A stretch of DNA of 61,604 nt from Treponemataceae bacterium (lineage in GTDB: Bacteria > Spirochaetota > Spirochaetia > Treponematales > Treponemataceae), in assembly GCA_024685655.1 (NCBI GenBank), contig JAIKVO010000055.1, positions 1 to 61,604 of the forward strand. Reading direction: 5' to 3'. The notes below the pieces were generated by a model. It was not told the origin of the DNA, searched no databases, and worked only from the letters and a program-made list of their open reading frames with translations. This document shows, one piece after another, positions 54,782-61,604 of the stretch (its first letter is position 1; every line of letters starts with the position of its first letter). The translations under genes were made by a program, and so were the position numbers.

Positions 54782-56521
54782 ATGAAAAAATATGTATTTG
54801 CATTTTTGATTTTGAGTATATTTATTTTCGGAGCAGCGGCTTCTGTAAATGTTGACAGGCAGGAGCTTGAAAATACAGTCACAAATCCTGATATAATTGA
54901 ATTCATCAACTATTCTGGACCCCATTCCAGAATTGATACAAAAGAGCAGATCCTTAATATAGGAAGAAACCTTGGAAAAGAAGTTGCGGAGAATAGAGAC
55001 CATCGAATAGAAACAGGCAATGCCCCTAAGTATTACCTTATTCATTCTGTATATCCTGATGTTGATCAGGGACTGGATGCAGATATCCTTATTCTAGGCG
55101 ACAAAGCAGAAGTTGACCATATTAAAAACCTTCGCCTTATTATTACAGGTTTTCTTACAGCTGCATATGGCTATAGCGACACTGATGCATCTACGATTGC
55201 GACATTTATCACTGTTTACAATGCTGTTTATCGTGGAAAAATTGCTACTTTGCTCACTAAGTATAAATCTGAAGTTCTTTCAGAGCTTTCAGCAGAAAAA
55301 GTTGGCCTTTCTGTGAACTATGCTGATTGGGCTGGTAGAACTCAAATAATAATTCCACTTCTTGATCCTGATAAAGGTGGATTAAGTACGATCGATACAA
55401 CAATCATTTCAGACTCTTCGGTTATTCAGTCTATGCGCGAGGAAGACGAACGCATGGTAGATGAAAGAAAGAACATGGTTGACTTGAAAGAACGTGAAGC
55501 TGATGCTGCTGAAGAAGATGCTCGCGAAGCACAGAGAGAGGCTGTAGCCGCCAGAAAAGCAGCCGAACAAGCAGCACAGGAAGCGGTAGCAGCGCAGCAG
55601 GTTGCGGAACAGGCTGCTCAGCAAGCTCAGGAAGCTAAAAAAGAAGCTCAACAGGCTGCTGTAGAAGCAGAACAGAAAAAGAAAGAAGCTCAGGAAGCTG
55701 TAAAAGAAGCTCAGAAAAATCCACAGGATCAGAAGAAACAGGAACAGGCTGAACAGAAGAAACAAGAAGCACAACAAGCTGAGCAGAAGAAAGAAGAAAA
55801 ACAACAAGAAGCTGAACAAAAACAGCAAGAAGCTGAGAAAACTACAATTATAGCTGAACAAAAGCAGGAAGAAGCAGAACAGAAGCAGGAAGAAGCGGAA
55901 CAGAAGGAGGAAGAAGCTGCTGAAAGCCAAGCTTTCGCTGACAAAAAGCGGACTGAGGCCGTTATTGAGCGTACAGCTATAGCTAATGACAAACAGAAAA
56001 ACATATCTGATGCAATCAAGGCTGCTAAAATAGTCACAACATATGGACTTAAGCTCTCTGATGTTGAGAATATGTACTCCTCTATCGTTCTCATTGACGT
56101 AGCGAACGGAAATGTTGTCAAAGAATCTCCTGTATCAGTAATTCTTAACAGAACGATGTTGCCAGTTGATAACGGATTTATAGCCATTGCCGGAAAAAAT
56201 CCGGATGCTGATTATCAAACTTCTGCTATTAAATTAGTGTTGCTTGACAATGTAGATATGGAGATTATCAAGCAGAGCGAAGAGGATGTCTCTTCTAAAT
56301 CGATTCTTCTTGAAAATAACGATACAATTTATGTTATCGTCAGAGATTCAAACGGCTGGGTTCTTGCCAGCTACGATAAAGAGCTTACACTTAAGGCAAA
56401 GTCAGAAGTTAAAGTCATTGAATCAACGCCTGCAATTATCTCTGATACAGGTATTGCCGTTACTTCATCCGAGGGAACTGTTGTTCTTCTTGACCCTATT
56501 ACATTAGAGAAGAAATGGTAA
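54782..56521 (+). CDS. P83/100-family spirochaetal antigen homologue
   Basis: Signal peptide, then VDRQELENTV..IIEFINYSGP. Also NLRLIITGFLTAAYGYSDTDASTIATFITVYNAVYRG and NYADWAGRTQIIIPL. These closely parallel Borrelia P83/100 as I recall it (VDREKLKDFV..LEFVNYKGP, NLRRILTGYL...ITIYNAVYRG, YSQWAGKTQIFIPL). The centre is an Ala/Glu/Gln/Lys-rich coiled coil. Confidence 0.8.
   Translation: MKKYVFAFLILSIFIFGAAASVNVDRQELENTVTNPDIIEFINYSGPHSRIDTKEQILNIGRNLGKEVAENRDHRIETGNAPKYYLIHSVYPDVDQGLDADILILGDKAEVDHIKNLRLIITGFLTAAYGYSDTDASTIATFITVYNAVYRGKIATLLTKYKSEVLSELSAEKVGLSVNYADWAGRTQIIIPLLDPDKGGLSTIDTTIISDSSVIQSMREEDERMVDERKNMVDLKEREADAAEEDAREAQREAVAARKAAEQAAQEAVAAQQVAEQAAQQAQEAKKEAQQAAVEAEQKKKEAQEAVKEAQKNPQDQKKQEQAEQKKQEAQQAEQKKEEKQQEAEQKQQEAEKTTIIAEQKQEEAEQKQEEAEQKEEEAAESQAFADKKRTEAVIERTAIANDKQKNISDAIKAAKIVTTYGLKLSDVENMYSSIVLIDVANGNVVKESPVSVILNRTMLPVDNGFIAIAGKNPDADYQTSAIKLVLLDNVDMEIIKQSEEDVSSKSILLENNDTIYVIVRDSNGWVLASYDKELTLKAKSEVKVIESTPAIISDTGIAVTSSEGTVVLLDPITLEKKW
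55853..55915 (+). repeat. 3 x 21-nt in-frame tandem repeat (AEQKQEE)n inside the P83/100-like gene
   Basis: gctgaacaaaagcaggaagaa / gcagaacagaagcaggaagaa / gcggaacagaaggaggaagaa. The repeat is embedded in a ~450-nt low-complexity E/Q/K/A region (about 55490-55960). Confidence 0.85.
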
Positions 56522-56541
56522 TATCCGACTGAAAAGAAGAA

Positions 56542-56577
56542 AGCCGCCCAAGCTAAATGCTAAGGCGGCTTTTTTTG
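56542..56577. terminator. intrinsic terminator between the convergent P83/100-like gene and glgA
   Basis: AGCCGCC ... GGCGGCT stem with an inner AGC/GCT pairing, followed by T7 on the plus strand. The upstream flank is A-rich. Confidence 0.75.
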
Positions 56578-56622
56578 GGCACACGGACCATTGCCCTAAT
56601 ACTATTGTCACAATACTAGTGG

Positions 56623-58098
56623 CTATTTGATGATTTTTGCCTGTGCACGTTTGTATACATCTTCATACTTCTGGGCTGAGACATCCCAGCCGAATTTTTG
56701 CTTCATTCCCCGTATACGCATAGCTTTTATATGCGCAGGCTTATTATACCAAGCGTATACAGCCCATCCGGCAGTGTCGAATATACTGTTCGGCGTAAGA
56801 TCATCAAATACGAAGCCAGTTCCTTTGCCGGTTGCTTCATCGTAATTGGAGACAGTATCGGCGAGCCCGCCAGTACGTCGTACAATAGGAAGCGTACCGT
56901 AAATAAGTGAATACATCTGATTCAAACCGCACGGCTCATAACGAGAAGGCATCATGAAAAAGTCACTTCCTGCCTCAATAAGGTGACTTAAAGAATCGTT
57001 GTAACCTATAAAAGCACGGAAATTCGGAAGTTTTGATTGCAGAATGTTTATTTCATTCTCACACCATGATTCACCAGAGCCTAGCACTACAAACTGAATG
57101 TTCATCTGTGTGCACATACGATACGCGCATCCGTATGTAGGAGCAAAAAGCTCCGCCACTCCTTTCTGATCAGCAAGACGAGTTATTATGCCGAACAGAG
57201 GAACGGACGGATTTACTTCCAGCCCCATTTTCTCTTGTAACGCAAGTTTGTTCTGTAGCTTTTTTTCTATAGAGGACGCACTGTACTGTACGGGAATCTT
57301 CTTATCTTTTAATGGATTCCAGACATTTGTATCTACACCGTTCAAGATACCTTCCAAATCATCATTGCGATTTCGAAGTATTCCATCCATTCTGAAACCG
57401 TACTCGCTACGTTGTATCTCTTTTGCATACGTTGGCGAGACAGTCGTTAGCATATCAGAAGAAACAAGACCCGCTTTAAGGAAATTCACATTATCGTAAT
57501 CTTCAAAACCAGCTGAATAAAAATGGCACCAATCAAGACCGAAAAATGGATAATTTTGTTTGCCATAAATTCCCTGGTATCCAAGATTATGTATAGTTAA
57601 TACGCTTGCTGTATGAGAAAACTCTTCATGATATCGTTCATTGAATTTTAACAGAACAGGCGCAAGTGATGCAGACCAGTCATGAGCATGAATAATATCA
57701 GGATACCATCCTAACTTACGGCAAAGCTGGAAAACTGAATGACACAGAATTGAAAAACGTCGCGGATTATCTGAAAAATCGGGCTCTTGATGTGTACCGT
57801 AAATACCGTCCCTACCAAAACTTTGCTCATGATCAATAAAATATACCGGAATATTCTTTGCTCCTGGTAAATTTGATGTATAAACAGCTGTCCAAACTTC
57901 GTCATTACCACAGTGAACGCACATAGGACCATCGAGAAGCCGCAGGTTATCCCTAGAAATTCTATAATATCTTGGCATAATGATACGTACATCGTGACCT
58001 AGTTTCTCAAGCTCTATGGACAATGCAGATACGGCATCTGCAAGTCCGCCTGTTTTTGCGAAAGGAACAGCTTCCGAAGTAACCATCAGTATTCTCAT
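56623..58098 (-). CDS. glgA: glycogen synthase (ADP-glucose type)
   Basis: MRILMVTSEAVPFAKTGGLADAV and PSRYEPCGLNQMYSLIYGTLPIVRRTGGLADTV. Confidence 0.95.
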   Translation of the reverse strand: MRILMVTSEAVPFAKTGGLADAVSALSIELEKLGHDVRIIMPRYYRISRDNLRLLDGPMCVHCGNDEVWTAVYTSNLPGAKNIPVYFIDHEQSFGRDGIYGTHQEPDFSDNPRRFSILCHSVFQLCRKLGWYPDIIHAHDWSASLAPVLLKFNERYHEEFSHTASVLTIHNLGYQGIYGKQNYPFFGLDWCHFYSAGFEDYDNVNFLKAGLVSSDMLTTVSPTYAKEIQRSEYGFRMDGILRNRNDDLEGILNGVDTNVWNPLKDKKIPVQYSASSIEKKLQNKLALQEKMGLEVNPSVPLFGIITRLADQKGVAELFAPTYGCAYRMCTQMNIQFVVLGSGESWCENEINILQSKLPNFRAFIGYNDSLSHLIEAGSDFFMMPSRYEPCGLNQMYSLIYGTLPIVRRTGGLADTVSNYDEATGKGTGFVFDDLTPNSIFDTAGWAVYAWYNKPAHIKAMRIRGMKQKFGWDVSAQKYEDVYKRAQAKIIK

Positions 58099-58137
58099 AT
58101 CAATCTCCTTTTCACGATTTACATCATTCTATTGGAT

Positions 58138-59346
58138 TTACCATTCCTGAACTGCTTTTATGAAAGCAGTACGGCTTCCTTCTATAGTCTGCACTGAAGT
58201 ACAGTATGCAAGACGGATATAACCAGAACGGCCGAATCCTGTGCCAGGAACTCCGAGTATGTTATATTTTTTAAGATGATCACAGAATACGCCGTCAGAA
58301 GTTTTTCCATCAGGGATTTTTACTGTCTTATTCTCCGGAACTTTGCAGAAAAGATAGAACGCGCCTTCTGGAACTGCATATTCAATACCGGCTTCGTCCA
58401 TAATGGATGTAAGAATCTTTTTCCTGTTCTCGTAAGATGAATAGTCTGCTTTTGCGTTCCAGCAGCTAACGATTACGCGCTGGAAAAAAGCAGGCGCGTT
58501 CACATAACCAAGCACCCTTGTAGAATAGATGCAAGCAGCAACAACTTCCTCAGCGTTAGAGCAAGCCGGATTTACCGCTACATAACCAAGACGTTCGCCA
58601 GGCAAACTTAAATCTTTTGCAAACGAAGAAACAACTATTGAATCGGTGTAAAATTGGAATACTGGCGAAACTTTTCTTCCATCGTAGATTATGTTCCTAT
58701 AAGGTTCATCCGCTATAAGATACGGCTTGCGGCCAGTTCTGCCAGCATGCTCCTCCAATGTGGCGGAAAGCTGCTTAATATCATCATCTGTGTAAACTTT
58801 TCCTGTAGGATTGTTCGGAGAGTTTATAAGAACAGCCGCAGTATGCTCATTAAGAGCCGCTTTTATAGCTTCAATATCAAGCGAAAAATCTGCTTTTGTA
58901 GTAACAGGAACAAGCTTTCCGCCATGATTTGACGCATAAGAACGATACTCCACAAAAAAAGGAGCAGGCACAATAACTTCGTCTCCATATGACAGAATCG
59001 ATTTGAAGACTGTGTTTATTGCGCCTGCGGCACCTACTGACATCACGATATTCTCGCCTTTTACAACCACTCCCTGCTCCTGCGAGATTTTTTCTGCAAT
59101 CGCACAGCGTGTTTCCATATATCCGGCGTTAGGCATATAACCGTGTCTTGCTTTGACTGTAGATAAGGCTTCTTTCTTCACAGCCTCAAGAACTTCTTCC
59201 GGTGGCTCCAAATCTGGGTTTCCGATACTGAAATCGTATACATTATTTTCACCGTATTTCTTTTTCAGTGCGATACCTTCTTCGAACATTTTTCTTATGA
59301 AGGAAGATCCTTCCATAGCCTTTTTTATATCTGGTGAAATTGCCAT
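58138..59346 (-). CDS. class I/II pyridoxal-phosphate-dependent aminotransferase
   Basis: NSPNNPTGKVY and the PLP-lysine context SSFAKDLSLPGERLGY. About 400 aa. Confidence 0.88.
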   Translation of the reverse strand: MAISPDIKKAMEGSSFIRKMFEEGIALKKKYGENNVYDFSIGNPDLEPPEEVLEAVKKEALSTVKARHGYMPNAGYMETRCAIAEKISQEQGVVVKGENIVMSVGAAGAINTVFKSILSYGDEVIVPAPFFVEYRSYASNHGGKLVPVTTKADFSLDIEAIKAALNEHTAAVLINSPNNPTGKVYTDDDIKQLSATLEEHAGRTGRKPYLIADEPYRNIIYDGRKVSPVFQFYTDSIVVSSFAKDLSLPGERLGYVAVNPACSNAEEVVAACIYSTRVLGYVNAPAFFQRVIVSCWNAKADYSSYENRKKILTSIMDEAGIEYAVPEGAFYLFCKVPENKTVKIPDGKTSDGVFCDHLKKYNILGVPGTGFGRSGYIRLAYCTSVQTIEGSRTAFIKAVQEW

Positions 59347-59431
59347 AATTAACTCCTAAAATACTTTATAAAACTTAGATATCTAAATATTACCAACGCT
59401 TCACTCAAAAGTCCAGATGAAATGTGAATAT

Positions 59432-59460
59432 TTGAAAAATACTTTTTTTTGTGTTACAAT
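59432..59460 (+). promoter_or_regulatory. promoter of the first tandem paralogue
   Basis: TTGAAA (59432-59437), 17 nt, then TGtTACAAT (hexamer 59455-59460). A leader of about 80 nt precedes the SD GAGGGAG. Confidence 0.55.
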
Positions 59461-59548
59461 CAGTATGAATTTCTGTTTTAATGAGTAACATCTTGAAAAC
59501 TCTTTTCTGGTGGTTTTCTGTGATTGACTTTTCCTTTCAGAGGGAGAT

Positions 59549-60331
59549 ATGAAAAAACACATCCAAGGAAAATATCCTTTCTTTCTTGCAATGCTGCTAT
59601 TGACACTTGCCGCCATGCCCTTGTCAGCAGAAAGCATATCGGTTCCTGCATACATAATCGACACCGTTTTCAACAGCAAGCTCAAAAAAGATGAAGCCGC
59701 ATCCCTTTCAAAAGGAGAATTCATAATTCGGAACATCGGCAATTACAGAAAGATTTGCCTAAAGGAAGACCTGTCCGACAAGGCAGCCTTAATCAACTCT
59801 GATTTTAAGAGGATAAAACCATCATATCTTGCGGAGACTATACAAATACGTCCGCTCACAGAAAGTGCCGCCGGAGACATTCGCAAACTGCACGGAATTC
59901 TGACAGATGTTTCAAATTATACAGGTATACCTTATTATTCAACATATAATAAAGTTACCATCAATCTTTATGCTTCCGTAGAGTTAAAAAAACATTACAG
60001 GATCGGTGATAACGACTTTCTAAACGTGAATTTTGAAATGAAACCTTTCAATATAATCAACACAGACATAACTGCTGAAAGCACATCAAGGTATCTTTTC
60101 TACAGGAATGTGAACACTACTTCAATAAAATACAAAGGCTTTATTACATGCGTTGATCCAGGCGAGTTTGTGGCATACATTTATATTTTTAACTGCGGAA
60201 ACTGGCAGATAATATATGGAATTGGAGGAGCTGATGCCCCATCGTTTTTTTTCTTCAAAAGCAGGCTGAACGCCGCATTTATCGACAGAATAACATCGTT
60301 ATGCAAGTATATGTGCAAGTTTTTGGATTAA
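59549..60331 (+). CDS. secreted protein of unknown function, tandem paralogue 1
   Basis: It has a signal peptide (..LTLAAMPLSAES). By eye it is about half identical to the next gene over its full length. Confidence 0.7.
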   Translation: MKKHIQGKYPFFLAMLLLTLAAMPLSAESISVPAYIIDTVFNSKLKKDEAASLSKGEFIIRNIGNYRKICLKEDLSDKAALINSDFKRIKPSYLAETIQIRPLTESAAGDIRKLHGILTDVSNYTGIPYYSTYNKVTINLYASVELKKHYRIGDNDFLNVNFEMKPFNIINTDITAESTSRYLFYRNVNTTSIKYKGFITCVDPGEFVAYIYIFNCGNWQIIYGIGGADAPSFFFFKSRLNAAFIDRITSLCKYMCKFLD

Positions 60332-60405
60332 TCGTTATGTAGCATTTCGTTTAATTTTGTGTTATACAATTATGTAATAGAATGCTTCTTTTTTGGGTGG
60401 TATTT

Positions 60406-61179
60406 ATGAAAATCAGTGCTAAAAAAAACATCCTGTTTTTTATGTGTGCATTATATCTTCTTACGTTTTCTGTATTGACGGCCGAAAACAATACGGTTCC
60501 AGACTATATATTAAAATCTCTTTTTAACGATAATTTAAAAACGGAAGAATCTGCATCTATTGCAAAAGGCGAAATAGTAGTAAGAAATATCGGGAACTAC
60601 AAAAAAATCTGCCTTAACGATGTTTCTGACAAAGCAGCAGAAATATTAGTATGCTATAAAAAGCTCAAGCCTGCGTATCTTGCAGAGACTATCCTTATCC
60701 GACCGGTAAAATCAAACACCTCGGATGAAATAAAAAAACTTGATGATGCCCTTGCAGATGTATCGAATTATGTCGGCATTCCTTATTATTCTGTCCGTAA
60801 TAAACAATGGTATGATTTGTATTCATCCGCAGAAGTTAAGAATCGTTTTTTTAAGGGCAATACAGAATGCATAAACGTAGATTTTGAAATGGAGCCTTTT
60901 GGCAGCATAAATACAGACATAACGATAGAAAACTCGGCACAAAGCCTGTTCTATACAAGCATCAACACATCAAAAATCAAATACAGCGGTTTCACATGCA
61001 TAGATTCAGGTGAACTGATATCTTACATCTATGTATTCCAATATGGTGAATGGCAGATAATATACGGAATAGGCGGGGCAGATGCTCCTTCTATTTTCTT
61101 TCTTCAGGACAGGATTGAAACATCATTTGTAAACAGGATAACTACTTTCTGTACTTTCATGTGCCAGTTCCTAAAATAA
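60406..61179 (+). CDS. secreted protein of unknown function, tandem paralogue 2
   Basis: The start is taken at MKISAKK after the SD GGGTGG; the ORF track allows 60382. Blocks shared with paralogue 1 are VRNIGNY.KICL, KP.YLAETI.IRP, DVSNY.GIPYYS, INTDIT and WQIIYGIGGADAPS. Confidence 0.7.
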   Translation: MKISAKKNILFFMCALYLLTFSVLTAENNTVPDYILKSLFNDNLKTEESASIAKGEIVVRNIGNYKKICLNDVSDKAAEILVCYKKLKPAYLAETILIRPVKSNTSDEIKKLDDALADVSNYVGIPYYSVRNKQWYDLYSSAEVKNRFFKGNTECINVDFEMEPFGSINTDITIENSAQSLFYTSINTSKIKYSGFTCIDSGELISYIYVFQYGEWQIIYGIGGADAPSIFFLQDRIETSFVNRITTFCTFMCQFLK

Positions 61180-61203
61180 TTTAGCGGAGGAAATCAATTC
61201 AGC

Positions 61204-61604
61204 ATGTTCACAGACGTTATAATACTTGCTGGTGGCTTTGGAGAAAGGCTTTGGCCCGCCTCCAGCGCAAAATTCCCAAAACAGTTCATGTCTCTTGAGG
61301 ACGGAGCTTCTTTTTTGCAGACAGCCATACAAAGGGCAGTCGCTATGGATGTGTCTGGCAGAATTATTGTAATTACACGCAAGGAAATATCAGATACTGT
61401 CATGAATCAGTGCGCATCGTTGATTGATTCATATAACGATCATCAAAAAGAAATCCTTTCAGAAAGGCTGTTTGTGCTGAATGAGCCAAAGCCTATTCAT
61501 ACAGCAGGTGCAGTCGCTTTTGGCTGCTGCTTTCTTAAAAGCATGTTTCCAGATAACGAGCATACAATCCTTGTTTTGACGAGCGATCATGTGATTGAGC
61601 CAAT
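61204..61604 (+). CDS. manC: mannose-1-phosphate guanylyltransferase, 5' fragment running off the window
   Basis: Hand translation from ATG 61204 gives MFTDVIILAGGFGERLWPASSAKFPKQFMSL...LVLTSDHVIEP. It is absent from the ORF track because there is no stop codon in the window. The GGxGxRLWP motif is diagnostic. Confidence 0.8.
   Translation, partial: MFTDVIILAGGFGERLWPASSAKFPKQFMSLEDGASFLQTAIQRAVAMDVSGRIIVITRKEISDTVMNQCASLIDSYNDHQKEILSERLFVLNEPKPIHTAGAVAFGCCFLKSMFPDNEHTILVLTSDHVIEP

Noticed and set aside
55409-56187. Antisense ORFs of 173 aa and 152 aa (Phe/Leu/Ser/Cys-rich) opposite the P83/100-like gene.
   Set aside because: They are the reverse complement of the GAA/CAG/AAG-rich coiled-coil coding repeats. 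They are low complexity, and the sense strand has strong homology.
1-61604. Search for CRISPR arrays, IS elements or transposases, integrases, toxin-antitoxin pairs, restriction-modification systems and other defence islands.
   Set aside because: I saw no repeat-spacer periodicity. No ORF had transposase, integrase or recombinase motifs, and no compositionally foreign block was apparent. The window reads as conserved core chromosome.

Overview
This window looks like core chromosome from a spirochaete, probably a Treponema. The evidence is a P83/100-family antigen homologue, the gene order and an AT-rich composition by eye. It is densely packed and mostly minus-strand. I saw no CRISPR array, transposase, integrase or prophage remnant.

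Main blocks:
- 635-9098: an eight-gene aromatic amino-acid operon, aroF-tyrA-aroB-aroA-aroC-pheA-aroE/aroK fusion-aroQ.
- 9382-17693: the cell-elongation operon mreB-mreC-mreD-mrdA-rodA plus a large fused radical SAM gene.
- 17799-25836: TPR protein, RNase P RNA (missing from the ORF track), a zinc-ribbon protein, rpoD, dnaG, mltG and an MBL hydrolase.
- 26495-26666: tRNA-Tyr and tRNA-Thr.
- Glycogen genes: two glycogen synthase paralogues and a GH57-like protein.
- 28961-33959: rnz plus a GldA/GldF-GldG-like ABC system.
- femAB-like gene and metG.
- 40699-47179: an rnfCDGEAB-like operon with two upstream membrane genes.
- rluA-family, pcnB and rumA-family genes.
- Two tandem secreted paralogues.
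- A partial manC at the 3' edge.

Most interesting observations:
1. A 23-codon mini-ORF with 11 Phe/Tyr codons, followed by an intrinsic terminator and a competing antiterminator, sits directly upstream of the Phe/Tyr operon. This is the layout of ribosome-mediated attenuation.
2. The Rnf-like operon has lost, in every subunit, the canonical cofactor motifs other than ferredoxin-type Cys clusters.
3. At six transcription-unit starts a good -10 box lies 6-8 nt before an ATG that has no Shine-Dalgarno, which suggests leaderless mRNAs.
4. rnpB is wedged between two CDSs with no room for its own promoter or terminator.
5. An 89-nt structured tandem repeat lies between metG and femAB.
6. The GH57 homologue lacks both catalytic residues.

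All family calls come from reading motifs by eye. No database search or RNA folding was run.
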